Source: a virus
Taxonomy: Duplodnaviria; Caudoviricetes
IMG/VR virus record: IMGVR_UViG_3300037484_000435
Coordinates: 192,001-256,000 of that record
Direction: 5' to 3' (one strand)
Length of the DNA: 64,000 nucleotides
Made by a program: the position numbers and the translations under genes. Every line of letters starts with the position of its first letter. Positions within the stretch are counted from its first letter, which is position 1. Of this stretch, positions 1-8,924 are shown in pieces. Below the pieces are notes generated by a model. The model did no database searches, was not told the origin of the DNA, and was given only the letters and a program-made list of their open reading frames with translations.

Positions 1-390
1 ATCACGAGGAACATAACGAATCTTAGATTCTGGACTAATTAGATCGCGAAGGGTTTTCAAATGATTCAGGTCCTTCTTTGATAGTTTAATTAGCAACGAA
101 GGGGTCCGATCACCCACCATTTTACACAAGGCCCCATCAGCAGAAATAAAACCCACAATGTAAGATTTCACTTCAGTATCAATTTCTGTTAAATCTATTA
201 CTTGCTTTCGTTCAACACCATTCTTAAAAACATTGTTTCTCTTAAGTCCCAAGGAAGTGGCCTTAGTCCAAATATTCTTCCAAGGTCTTCCTGGAAACTC
301 GTTCATTACCTCGTGCTGAGATTTGTGCTCATAAATAGCAACTAACTTCTCTACTTGGTCTGGGGACCAACCCCAAATTCTCTTTCTCAA
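1..390 (-). CDS. LAGLIDADG homing endonuclease with N-terminal Myb/SANT-like module (partial, runs off window edge)
   Basis: Not in ORF track. Manual translation from TTG at 390 (SD AGGAGG at 399-404): MRKRIWGWSPDQVEKL...IDLTEIDTEVKSYIVGFISADGALC..., matching motif 1 of the three other LAGLIDADG ORFs. Confidence 0.85.
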   Translation of the reverse strand, partial: MRKRIWGWSPDQVEKLVAIYEHKSQHEVMNEFPGRPWKNIWTKATSLGLKRNNVFKNGVERKQVIDLTEIDTEVKSYIVGFISADGALCKMVGDRTPSLLIKLSKKDLNHLKTLRDLISPESKIRYVPRD

Positions 391-402
391 CTACAAATCC
401 TC

Positions 403-436
403 CTATCTGGGTCTTTTATTAAGATAAGAAAGATAG
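403..436 (-). promoter_or_regulatory. Short hairpin overlapping the 5' edge of the SD of the 1-390 endonuclease
   Basis: mRNA CUAUCU (436-431) pairs with AGAUAG (408-403); covers only the AG of AGGAGG. Confidence 0.3.
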
Positions 437-447
437 TTAAATAATAA

Positions 448-1464
448 TTACTTCCAATTATCATAAAAAACATTGGAAGAATCATATGTTATTGTTTCGT
501 AAAACTTTAATAATTGTTTTATCGTGCGTGCCATATCCCACACAGGGTTAAAACCAATGGATTCTATACGCTCATTACTAACTAAATAGTCGCGACGATC
601 TTCATCTTTCATTAGTGGGGCTTCCAAAATATGAAGTTCAGTGTACTTTGCTATCTCGTCCGCCAATTCGGCCTTGGTAAGATTTGCTTCTGACAACCCG
701 ACATTATAAGGCTTACCAGACATCTTATCATACTTCTCAATAGCCAACATGAAAGCCTGACAAACGTCTTCCACATGAATGTAGTTGCGTCTAAAACCTT
801 TTTCAAATAGAGTAATCTCTCTATTCTTCGCCGCGTTCCAAACAAAGTTATTCACTAACAAGTCTAGCCTCATGCACGGAGAGTACCCCATAACTGTGGC
901 CAGTCGTAAACTCACGCCGCCTACCTCTAACACAATCTTTTCGGCTTCAACTTTAGACATACCATAGACTGAGATTGGGTTGAGTGGGTCATCTTCTGTA
1001 ACTGGGGTTCCATCCGAACGAGAACCATACCCTGAATTAGTAGACGCGATAATTAGCTTGTGCTTAGGGCCGAGCTCGTCGATCATGGCATTAACCGCAC
1101 CGTAATTTAGGGACCATGCCAGAGCAGGGTCTTTCTTACATGCAGGCATACCCACAATCCCCGCAAGGGGTAATATTACGTCTATGTCGTGTTCTTCAAG
1201 AATCTGCGACACCAAATCAATATTCGTAACTGTCCCATTTACAAATACAAACCTATCATCACTACAGAATTTGCCTAGGGTATTCTGTTTACGAGATAAG
1301 TTGTCCAATACCACTACCTTTTTTACTACAGGTAAATTCATACGTATCTCACCAGGGACATCTTCTGTCACATTTTTTACTTCAACCCATTTGTTCCAAC
1401 CCAATAATTTTTCGACCAACACAGAGCCAATATACCCAGCTCCTCCCGAAATCATAATGTTCAT
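448..1464 (-). CDS. NAD-dependent nucleotide-sugar epimerase/dehydratase (extended SDR)
   Basis: GGAGYIG Rossmann motif, YGMSK (YxxxK), SLRLATVMG, RNYIHVED; SD upstream. Confidence 0.92.
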   Translation of the reverse strand: MNIMISGGAGYIGSVLVEKLLGWNKWVEVKNVTEDVPGEIRMNLPVVKKVVVLDNLSRKQNTLGKFCSDDRFVFVNGTVTNIDLVSQILEEHDIDVILPLAGIVGMPACKKDPALAWSLNYGAVNAMIDELGPKHKLIIASTNSGYGSRSDGTPVTEDDPLNPISVYGMSKVEAEKIVLEVGGVSLRLATVMGYSPCMRLDLLVNNFVWNAAKNREITLFEKGFRRNYIHVEDVCQAFMLAIEKYDKMSGKPYNVGLSEANLTKAELADEIAKYTELHILEAPLMKDEDRRDYLVSNERIESIGFNPVWDMARTIKQLLKFYETITYDSSNVFYDNWK

Positions 1465-1479
1465 AAAATAAAAACCTCC

Positions 1480-2052
1480 TTAACAACTGACACACATTTC
1501 AAAGTCAGCATAACAATTATATTCTTTACACTTTGGACAAGTGGATATTAACCAACCTGTCCTTTTATCTTTAAGAGAAGCCCCGCAAAATCTACAATAG
1601 GCTACACCACCAAAGTCAGGCTCTGCTTTCATCCAGCCCCGCTCAATGAGGTCTCCCTCATCGACTCCTTCAGGTAAATGTTCTATACGAGACATATCCA
1701 AATAGACATACTTATGGCCTCGATTTTTACCCGCAAATCTCCCAGCGTAAACGGGGGAAGTTAAATACTTATCTGAATCCGGGTTTCGTTTAACGACATC
1801 GGACCCGTAATCCCTCGGGGGAATAAAGGTCTCAGTAAAATACCAATCATCAGCGTCCAAATCAGTAAAGGATAAAGTAAAATTATAGTCCGCAACCACA
1901 TCAAACGGATAATAATCTTGGGGTTTTACTGGTTCTATTCTATCGGTCCTTTGTGATACCCTTAACTTTATTCCCCCTAAAGCATTGTTCTCCCTACTAA
2001 TAAAACCATCACCCTTCTCCCTTCTCCCGCAATACCGTAATAGCCTCTTCAT
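1480..2052 (-). CDS. Hypothetical protein with C-terminal Cys-rich zinc ribbon
   Basis: 190-aa ORF in operon; CRFC...CPKC...C...CVSC at C-terminus. Confidence 0.6.
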   Translation of the reverse strand: MKRLLRYCGRREKGDGFISRENNALGGIKLRVSQRTDRIEPVKPQDYYPFDVVADYNFTLSFTDLDADDWYFTETFIPPRDYGSDVVKRNPDSDKYLTSPVYAGRFAGKNRGHKYVYLDMSRIEHLPEGVDEGDLIERGWMKAEPDFGGVAYCRFCGASLKDKRTGWLISTCPKCKEYNCYADFEMCVSC

Positions 2053-2059
2053 ATTTCAT

Positions 2060-2593
2060 TTATAATCTCCTTAAATGTTTCTTTATCATATTCACTAATA
2101 TTATATAAGCCTCCTCCTCTGAATGAAAACCAGTATCTATTGTCAAATCTGGTAAACGATTCAATCCTAAGTTATCCTCACTAGGCCCCTCAAATGGGCT
2201 TCCGATACCAGTGAAGTTAGGAATTTCTCCTTTCAATGCCTTCTGATATAATCCCTTTGGGTCCCTACTAATTAACGTGTCCAGAGCACACCGTAAATAA
2301 ACTTCGAAATATTTATGAAGCAACCCAGCGTTTGCGTTCCGCATCGCTTGTAAAGGGGTAATAGAAGCTACAACCATGTTATTACCACGGTCTTGTAAAC
2401 CCTTAACGTGGTGCCTTAAAGCTTCTTGGTAATGGGACCGCCCTGCTACGGAGAAATCAGCAGGAGTACTTAATTGCTTTCTCACTGAGTCAGAATCCAA
2501 GAATAGATAATCCAGTTCTTCGGCCAACCTAAACCCCAGTGTGGTCTTTCCAGAACCTGACAAGCCCCAAATCCATATAACATTTCCTAACAT
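2060..2593 (-). CDS. cysC: Adenylyl-sulfate (APS) kinase
   Basis: Start MLGNVIWIWG 2 nt after upstream stop; GLSGSGKTT P-loop, LDSDSVR, RDPKGLYQKALKGEIPNFTGIGSPFE are CysC signatures. Confidence 0.9.
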   Translation of the reverse strand: MLGNVIWIWGLSGSGKTTLGFRLAEELDYLFLDSDSVRKQLSTPADFSVAGRSHYQEALRHHVKGLQDRGNNMVVASITPLQAMRNANAGLLHKYFEVYLRCALDTLISRDPKGLYQKALKGEIPNFTGIGSPFEGPSEDNLGLNRLPDLTIDTGFHSEEEAYIILVNMIKKHLRRL

Positions 2594-2595
2594 TA

Positions 2596-3432
2596 TTAAT
2601 CTCCACCAAATCCTGTTATTCTTCGAATCCCTAACTGTCCTGCCTTCCAAACGATACTCGCAATACTCCTGTCTAATAATAAACTTATCTGTTTGTTACC
2701 TATAGTTCCGTAGTTCATTTGCAAGAAAGCAATCTCTTCAGCAGACCAATAAGTTTTTATATGGGGTTTATAATTATTTGTCTCGTAATCTTGAATAATA
2801 TCTACCGCGTTTCGATACTTCCGAGGCAAGGACAACGAACAGTCTGAATATAGAAATTTTACAAACTGATAGGCACTATAATTTGCATAACCCAACACAT
2901 ATGTATTTCGGCTTGATAAAACCTTACACTTGTTAGGATAATAATCACGAAAGTGAAGCTGAATATAATCTAACATTCTTTTAGATCCACTGTAAACACA
3001 ACATTTCGAATTTCTATTTCTATAGACAACTGATCCATCTCCGTCCACATAACCCCTGATGTAATGTCTTATTAAATTTTTTGGTGTTGAGGAGGGTGGA
3101 CTCAAAATCTTGGATTTTGCAGGTACAATGTTATGCTTAATAAACTCGTTGCACAGTTTGGAAGAGGAAACACGTAATGTGTACTGTATTTGGGTTGCAT
3201 ACTTCTTACCAGTTAAAGGACTTGTCATAATCCTATTACGCGATTCTGTTATTTTGGTTTTGATACCCATTATCATCTTCACTTTTTCTAGAAATTTTCC
3301 ATCTTCCCCAGCCAAATAGAGGGAGACCTGATTTTTAGCAGAAAAAACGTTGCCATCAGCACCATATAATCCCAACAAATAGGCCTTTTCCTCTGTATCA
3401 ATAGTAGAAAAATCTAATAAACCGTTTATCAT
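2596..3432 (-). CDS. Free-standing two-motif LAGLIDADG endonuclease with C-terminal Myb-like module
   Basis: KAYLLGLYGADG and HYIRGYVDGDGS motifs; C-terminal WSAEEIAFLQMNY...KAGQLGIRR. Confidence 0.88.
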   Translation of the reverse strand: MINGLLDFSTIDTEEKAYLLGLYGADGNVFSAKNQVSLYLAGEDGKFLEKVKMIMGIKTKITESRNRIMTSPLTGKKYATQIQYTLRVSSSKLCNEFIKHNIVPAKSKILSPPSSTPKNLIRHYIRGYVDGDGSVVYRNRNSKCCVYSGSKRMLDYIQLHFRDYYPNKCKVLSSRNTYVLGYANYSAYQFVKFLYSDCSLSLPRKYRNAVDIIQDYETNNYKPHIKTYWSAEEIAFLQMNYGTIGNKQISLLLDRSIASIVWKAGQLGIRRITGFGGD

Positions 3433-3950
3433 TTCTTCTTTTCCTTCAACCTTTGCATCAATTTTTTAGTTTCGTTCTTATGACAGGGAACACAGAGAGA
3501 CCTCAAGTTCTCTTCATAAGGTAAATTATGAGGATAGTCTCTAGGACCACCACCCTCGGCAACAGGTAAGATATGGTCTACCGTGAACCACCGACGATTA
3601 TGAAGAGGGGCCCAACCCTTTTCAATATACTTTGCCCTTACCTCTTCTCTACAAGTAGGTGAACCACTAGACTTACATCCGCTTAACTCCCTCAAGAATT
3701 CTCGCCTTACCTCTTCTGTATCTACACCACAAATAACACAGTTACCTCTGTCACGTTTGTAAATCTGTAATGCGGCGTACCTAGGTTGGTTTCTTAATTT
3801 ATATTGATGTACGCAGGCCTCACCACAGAAAGTCCTGCGACCTTTAGGCACTTCCTCCCCACACATCCTACACAGCCCACGCCCGTTGGGCCCACGAGGA
3901 TGCTTCTGATAATCTACCCAGCCTGTATCTTTCATCTTACGCTTGGACAT
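3429..3950 (-). CDS. HNH endonuclease
   Basis: CVIC, VDHILPVAEGGG, NLRSLCVPCHKNET; N-terminal CRMC...FCGEAC zinc motif. Confidence 0.88.
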   Translation of the reverse strand: MSKRKMKDTGWVDYQKHPRGPNGRGLCRMCGEEVPKGRRTFCGEACVHQYKLRNQPRYAALQIYKRDRGNCVICGVDTEEVRREFLRELSGCKSSGSPTCREEVRAKYIEKGWAPLHNRRWFTVDHILPVAEGGGPRDYPHNLPYEENLRSLCVPCHKNETKKLMQRLKEKKK

Positions 3951-4756
3951 TATCTTTTGATTACGAAACCAGTCTCTTGTTCGTTATACTTAGAAATGTG
4001 CATTTCTTCTTTACCATGAATGTGCTTTAACTCTTTGGGATACACAAAATTATGGCGACCCTCATAGGGAGGGGTACTATGCCAGACGGAGATCGCAATG
4101 TTTTCTACTTCTGGATCCACGGGCTGCCAATCACGAACAAAGGTGGAAATACCAAAACTATCCCACCAGTCTTGCGGATAACCTCTAGTCAAACCGATAA
4201 ATTGGTCTGGTGTCCAAAATTCGTGAAGCACCTGAAATTGATAACTGTGGTCTCTGTGCCATATTCTCCAAGCATTCGCTACACGATTATAGTTCAAATC
4301 ATCACAAATTATAATGGCCTCGTCCGCCAGGTAAGGAACAATTCTTTCAAATGCGTCTATAGTCGCTTCATAACTGTGGTCTCCGTCATAATAATACGTC
4401 CCAATTTTCCTCCCCCCTAGAAATTTCTCCAAGTCTAATTCAGTATAATCTCCGAGGTGAAATTTCAAATTGGGAATTGTATCAATTAGTCTCCCCACTT
4501 CTCCTTGCACCTGTATGTCACAAGCAAATTTATGAACATCATCGTTGCCTCTACTCGCCGCATCCAACGAAGACCCATAAAGCAAACCTATTTCAAAATA
4601 GGCTTCATCGGTGCCTTTCAAACAACTAACCGCCAAATTTATTGTGTGCTGTATCAAGGGGCTGTTGGTTCCCCATATATTTGTCAAAGGTTGTAACTCT
4701 TTGGCTCTTGACAAAACCTTTGTATGAAACTGTCTTCTAAAACAATCTAAATTCAT
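3950..4756 (-). CDS. Class I SAM-dependent methyltransferase (Methyltransf_24-like)
   Basis: YFEIGLLYGSS motif I; YYYDGDHSYE and IIICDD typical of this family. Confidence 0.8.
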   Translation of the reverse strand: MNLDCFRRQFHTKVLSRAKELQPLTNIWGTNSPLIQHTINLAVSCLKGTDEAYFEIGLLYGSSLDAASRGNDDVHKFACDIQVQGEVGRLIDTIPNLKFHLGDYTELDLEKFLGGRKIGTYYYDGDHSYEATIDAFERIVPYLADEAIIICDDLNYNRVANAWRIWHRDHSYQFQVLHEFWTPDQFIGLTRGYPQDWWDSFGISTFVRDWQPVDPEVENIAISVWHSTPPYEGRHNFVYPKELKHIHGKEEMHISKYNEQETGFVIKR

Positions 4757-5052
4757 CTCTTCCCTCCGCTCCTTGCAATCGTTGATAATGTTACCACGAA
4801 CCTCTCCAAAGCATCCGCCTCATGTAATAACAATTCTTCCCATGTATCAATGATAAACGCTCTTTTTATAAATAATGCTACCCAACAACAAGTACGGTGG
4901 GTATAGTAACGAAGTAAAAACCAATACCCAATCAACCATTTAGGTAAAAATCTTATGATGATGGATACATAATCACGTAAAATTATGTGAGGAAGCATTA
5001 TTAAATAAAAAACATAAAAGAGAATTTTTGACCCAAAACAATCTAAATTCAT
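4739..5052. repeat. 18-bp exact direct repeat AAAACAATCTAAATTCAT at 4739-4756 and 5035-5052
   Basis: Read directly; both copies encode the start MNLDCF of two consecutive genes. Confidence 0.9.
4753..5052 (-). CDS. Small hypothetical protein with hydrophobic N-terminus (99 aa)
   Basis: Starts MNLDCF 1 nt after upstream stop; stop overlaps next ATG (ATGA). Confidence 0.55.
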   Translation of the reverse strand: MNLDCFGSKILFYVFYLIMLPHIILRDYVSIIIRFLPKWLIGYWFLLRYYTHRTCCWVALFIKRAFIIDTWEELLLHEADALERFVVTLSTIARSGGKR

Positions 5053-5053
5053 A

Positions 5054-5272
5054 CTACCACTCCCGTTTCCCATGTTGGGAAGAACATTCCCACAACATAA
5101 ATATAAAATCCATAGCGTCCCCCACTATACCATCAAGAACACCGCTGTTATATCCATCAAATTTTTCCAGCATAGCTAAATCCAAGACTTGTCCCAGCTT
5201 GAACATTTGCTCGTCACTCATGTTCATTATGCGTTCACAAATATCTTCTCGTGTTGTTATGTTCTCGCTCAT
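5054..5272 (-). CDS. Hypothetical protein (72 aa)
   Basis: Start MSENITT at ATGA overlap with upstream stop. Confidence 0.55.
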   Translation of the reverse strand: MSENITTREDICERIMNMSDEQMFKLGQVLDLAMLEKFDGYNSGVLDGIVGDAMDFIFMLWECSSQHGKREW

Positions 5273-5433
5273 ATTAAATCCCACCCTATAATAAAGAAAG
5301 GATTTCTCTCCAGAGTCTCCCTCCATATATATAAACTTGAGAAAGCCCCTCGGCTGTCCCAGCATAGGGGTTTAAAAAGAATATTATGGGCATCAATTGG
5401 TTTACCACCAGGCATAAAAGTTCCTAGCGTCAT
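5269..5433 (-). CDS. Small hypothetical protein (54 aa)
   Basis: Start MTLGTF; ATGA overlaps at both ends. Confidence 0.45.
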   Translation of the reverse strand: MTLGTFMPGGKPIDAHNILFKPLCWDSRGAFSSLYIWRETLERNPFFIIGWDLI

Positions 5434-5463
5434 ACTAAATCCCACTTCCAAATAAAGAATGGA
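5269..5463. repeat. 34-bp degenerate direct repeat (27/34 identical) at 5269-5302 and 5430-5463
   Basis: tcatattaaatcccaccctataataaagaaagga vs tcatactaaatcccacttccaaataaagaatgga; each copy spans an ATGA gene junction. Confidence 0.8.
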
Positions 5464-5630
5464 CTACTTTTAGCCCCAGTCGGAGACAGCTGTCTAACAT
5501 GTTTATAATACATTTCGCTATAATTATTTTTAATCTCTATCATTCTCCACCCTTCTTCCTCACATTTCTCGCAGGAATCTAGGACGAAGGGGCAGTAATG
5601 TATATTATCATACCTAGGGAAGGGCAACAT
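5430..5630 (-). CDS. Small hypothetical protein (66 aa)
   Basis: ATG directly after upstream TAA; ends PFFIWKWDLV like the neighbour's PFFIIGWDLI. Confidence 0.5.
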   Translation of the reverse strand: MLPFPRYDNIHYCPFVLDSCEKCEEEGWRMIEIKNNYSEMYYKHVRQLSPTGAKSSPFFIWKWDLV

Positions 5631-6260
5631 TTACGCAACCTCCTTCTGTATAACACATTGCATCATAGCGGTTGTAGTTATTGTCGCTCCAACTGATTCG
5701 GCAAACTCAGTAACAGCTTTTGTAATAGGCTCTATCGTTGCCCAATCATCATAAACAATGACACCGCCATCGACGAGGCGGGGCCAAAAAAACTTTGATG
5801 CTTCCAGTGTAGGTAGATAGACGTCCATATCTAAATGGACCAGACTAAACTTCTCATCTCCTAATTGGTTAAGTGTTTCTGGAACAAGTCCTTGGTATAA
5901 GGTAGCAGGTATATCACCCAGTGTTGCTCTTACTTGGTCCTGACTCACTGCAAATTCTCCACCTCGGCACCCATTACCTTCTATTATATACTGTGCGGGT
6001 ATCCCTGCAAAAGTATCAAAAATATGTAGAGGCTTTGTACCATCTGAAGCCAGATACATCACCTTTGAAGCCCCGCCCAAGTAGGTACCACACTCTGCTA
6101 TACACCCTCCCAAAGGAAGAGTGTAGCGGGCCATAGCCCAGAGTATCCAAAGGCGGTCGGGTGTTAACAGAGTTCTGTGGAGAATTTGTCTTTCCACATC
6201 CATAAACCGCTCTCTAGTTTCTTCTACCCGCCCGCAGCCGTAAACCTTATAATAATCCAT
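5631..6260 (-). CDS. TylF/MycF-family sugar O-methyltransferase
   Basis: IAECGTYLGG, HIFDTFAG, LVHLDMDVYLPT, LVDGGVIVYDDW. Confidence 0.88.
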   Translation of the reverse strand: MDYYKVYGCGRVEETRERFMDVERQILHRTLLTPDRLWILWAMARYTLPLGGCIAECGTYLGGASKVMYLASDGTKPLHIFDTFAGIPAQYIIEGNGCRGGEFAVSQDQVRATLGDIPATLYQGLVPETLNQLGDEKFSLVHLDMDVYLPTLEASKFFWPRLVDGGVIVYDDWATIEPITKAVTEFAESVGATITTTAMMQCVIQKEVA

Positions 6261-6261
6261 G

Positions 6262-6696
6262 CTAACCTCCTATTTGTCTAGTTAACCAACCCAGTTGTTC
6301 CCGAGCCAAAGGTGCATCATATCCTGGGTCGTAAGCCCACTTCTCCATAGATAATAATTGAAGAAGCCACCCACGATGTGTTTCTTTATCCGCCTCGAAA
6401 GCGGATTCACACTCCCGTAAAAATGCCCCGAACGCACTTAGGAAAGGAACACCGTCCGAGGTAGGATAAACAAAATAAGTTCTACGACATCCAGGCATAC
6501 TTCCACCCGACCTTATACACTTACAAATGTTTTCGATGTCGCTCTTACCACCCTCTGAGTAGTGGCTAGGGCATTTGTACCCAATGATTTCAACACACCG
6601 TTCGATGCATTGGGCCTCTAACTCCCGTATAGTCCCCTCATCGGGTATTGCTTTAACTGTACGTAATATTTGAGACCAAATATCTAGATAATTCAT
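6262..6696 (-). CDS. Hypothetical protein
   Basis: 144-aa ORF, tightly packed in operon. Confidence 0.6.
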   Translation of the reverse strand: MNYLDIWSQILRTVKAIPDEGTIRELEAQCIERCVEIIGYKCPSHYSEGGKSDIENICKCIRSGGSMPGCRRTYFVYPTSDGVPFLSAFGAFLRECESAFEADKETHRGWLLQLLSMEKWAYDPGYDAPLAREQLGWLTRQIGG

Positions 6697-6698
6697 AA

Positions 6699-7259
6699 TT
6701 AATCCTTCATCAATTTAGACTTTTTGGTAAGTTGAAAACGGTCAAATGCCTGCTTGATTATTTTGTGGAAGTAATCCAACCCGTCACCCTCTGGACAACT
6801 TAAATGTCGTGCGGTTTCATTCTTTAAAAGCTTCAACTTAGAATGTTGAGCCATATCAATTACTTTTTCACCGGTGTTTTCATCCGTAACACATAAGTAA
6901 TATATAGGCTTGCCTCCGGGAACCACGGGCTCAAAGGAAGTAACTTCTGCCGCTGTTAAAAAAGATTCTAACTCTGCGGAAGTATAACTCCCATATTTAT
7001 TCATAATCTGCAAACGGAAACCGAGAAAAGAAGCTTCTGTCGAAGCATATATCCCTGGGGTTATATTGAACCACGGAATCTTATGAGCACGAGTTAGTTC
7101 AATCAACCAATCGATTATTTCATTGAGGTTATGTTCTATTCTATCTTTGTCAACCTCGTTATCTATCTTAGCCCTCAACTCCTCTACCTCTTCTTTGAAA
7201 GGATAGAAATCCGAAGTAGAATTAAGTACCACCTTTATATCATTTAGTGCTTTATTCAT
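6699..7259 (-). CDS. Hypothetical protein
   Basis: 186-aa ORF with SD (AGGAG). Confidence 0.65.
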   Translation of the reverse strand: MNKALNDIKVVLNSTSDFYPFKEEVEELRAKIDNEVDKDRIEHNLNEIIDWLIELTRAHKIPWFNITPGIYASTEASFLGFRLQIMNKYGSYTSAELESFLTAAEVTSFEPVVPGGKPIYYLCVTDENTGEKVIDMAQHSKLKLLKNETARHLSCPEGDGLDYFHKIIKQAFDRFQLTKKSKLMKD

Positions 7260-7270
7260 AATCTCTCCTA

Positions 7271-8152
7271 TTATTGCGGGCCGTAATTCTGTCTGGGTGA
7301 TTTAGGATTGTGATGTTGTTTAAATCCTAAGGTCATATCTTCCCACGCAGGGGTATACATTAATTGTAACATACGAACTTTCCTATCGTCTTTTTCTGGA
7401 AATTCAATACAATTAGTCTGGTGACAAACACCTAAGTTCACGTCAAACGAGTACAAAAAGTTCGGAGGTAAATCTACATCTATGGGTGCCCGCTTTATCA
7501 ACAGAGCATCCTTTTCCAAATTGAAACCACACCTTACAAAGTGTGTATATCGGTCACGCTCAAAATGTCCTTCCATCGAGAGAGGAAAATACCCACTATC
7601 CAACGCTTGCTGGCGAGGAAAAATAAACATAGACCCGAACTGCTCAGTCTGCGGAATATCATGCTGAGTGTAAACCGATGTTGTTAATTCATTAAGGTCG
7701 TATAAATAAGTATCTTGAGAAGTCAGAATAAACTTCCCACTATCCCTTAACATCTGACAAAACCCAAAGAAATACGTTTGGTTTAACCAAGGCACATCGG
7801 AATCCGTATGTGCTACCAACTCTATATTTTCATTGTGCATAAGAGGGTATAGTGCGGCGTTCGCATGGGCGGTAGTTCCGTTCTGATGGCCCAGAGACCT
7901 TTCCACCTTAACAATATAGTTCGTAACTTTTTTAAGCCTCTCCACTACTTCATCAGAAAGAGGTAAAAAAGAAGCGACAGAGATTTCAATAAATTCTTTA
8001 TTAATCCAAGATTTGTCAATCAACTCACACGCAAAAATTAAATCATTCACATTCGAACGCCCAAAACTAAAAGCGATACCGTACTTTGCTGTTGGATTCG
8101 GTGCATAATGCAAATAAGTATTAACTACATCATGTATACTAAAATCTTCCAT
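7271..8152 (-). CDS. Putative GT-A fold glycosyltransferase (GT2-like)
   Basis: SLGHQNGTTAHANAAL followed by LVAHTDSD (DxD) and FILT, in the usual GT-A order. Confidence 0.6.
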   Translation of the reverse strand: MEDFSIHDVVNTYLHYAPNPTAKYGIAFSFGRSNVNDLIFACELIDKSWINKEFIEISVASFLPLSDEVVERLKKVTNYIVKVERSLGHQNGTTAHANAALYPLMHNENIELVAHTDSDVPWLNQTYFFGFCQMLRDSGKFILTSQDTYLYDLNELTTSVYTQHDIPQTEQFGSMFIFPRQQALDSGYFPLSMEGHFERDRYTHFVRCGFNLEKDALLIKRAPIDVDLPPNFLYSFDVNLGVCHQTNCIEFPEKDDRKVRMLQLMYTPAWEDMTLGFKQHHNPKSPRQNYGPQ

Positions 8153-8519
8153 CTAAATCCTCCCATGAGTAACACTTTGTAAATTCTTCATACTGCTCTT
8201 TAGTGATGTAGGACAAATCTTGCTTGTTTTTTAATTTCGTAATCAAATCATTATTAACTGCTGAACCTGTCCCCCAATATAAAGTAGTCATTCCCTCATT
8301 ATAAGTGTATTCTGTAGGAACTCCGTCAACATACGTTAAGAAGTAGTAGGTCCCAATTCTCCACCCGTTCTCCTTCCTGTCCGCCTCTCCTCTTGGGGAT
8401 CCCGTAAAGTATATTCTCCAGTCTAACTCGTCAACTCTCTGCAAAACTTGGTATGTTTGTTCTGTAAATACTGACCAAATATATTTTAGCCTGCCCTCAT
8501 CTAAGTCAGTTATTTTCAT
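8139..8519 (-). CDS. Hypothetical protein
   Basis: 126-aa ORF, TAATG overlap with upstream gene. Confidence 0.6.
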   Translation of the reverse strand: MKITDLDEGRLKYIWSVFTEQTYQVLQRVDELDWRIYFTGSPRGEADRKENGWRIGTYYFLTYVDGVPTEYTYNEGMTTLYWGTGSAVNNDLITKLKNKQDLSYITKEQYEEFTKCYSWEDLDGRF

Positions 8520-8908
8520 TAATTGTCATCCTCCACTATTTGGTGTTCCCCTTCCGCCGGTACCCAGCGTCCTTGGTCATCATGAACCTCAACCTTTGTT
8601 ATTTTGGGATTCTGAACTTCCTTATCAACTCGTCTTCTAATGTCCAAGAGTTCGCCTGTTCTACGGGCGACTTCGAGTCTATGCCATTTTTTAAACTCAG
8701 GAGTTTCAACCATTCTTTTGAAAGCCAATTGTCTATTTTGGCTTTGACTTCGGCTATCTTCAGCATATCCCAACGCTCCACTAGCCGCATGACGGCAGCG
8801 GACAGCGTTACTTGTTTTGTTCCTTTTTTGTCCACCTTTACCTGACCCCCTGACGAAGTCCCATTCGAAATCTTTTTGTGTGAGACTGAATAGTAATTCT
8901 TTAGCCAT
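8519..8908 (-). CDS. Peptide chain release factor (RF-1/GGQ) domain protein
   Basis: FVRGSGKGGQKRNKTSNAVRCRH...EDSRSQSQNRQLAFKRM is the class I RF peptidyl-hydrolase domain; no codon-recognition domain. Confidence 0.88.
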   Translation of the reverse strand: MAKELLFSLTQKDFEWDFVRGSGKGGQKRNKTSNAVRCRHAASGALGYAEDSRSQSQNRQLAFKRMVETPEFKKWHRLEVARRTGELLDIRRRVDKEVQNPKITKVEVHDDQGRWVPAEGEHQIVEDDN

Positions 8909-8924
8909 AATAGCTCACCCCTAT

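Noticed and set aside
4739-5463. Repeat pairs as a mini-CRISPR array
   Set aside because: Only two copies each, 127-278 nt spacers that are coding, no palindromic repeat and no cas genes
5400-6930. Shared hexapeptide PGGKPI in ORFs 5269-5433 and 6699-7259
   Set aside because: No similarity outside six residues; compatible with chance
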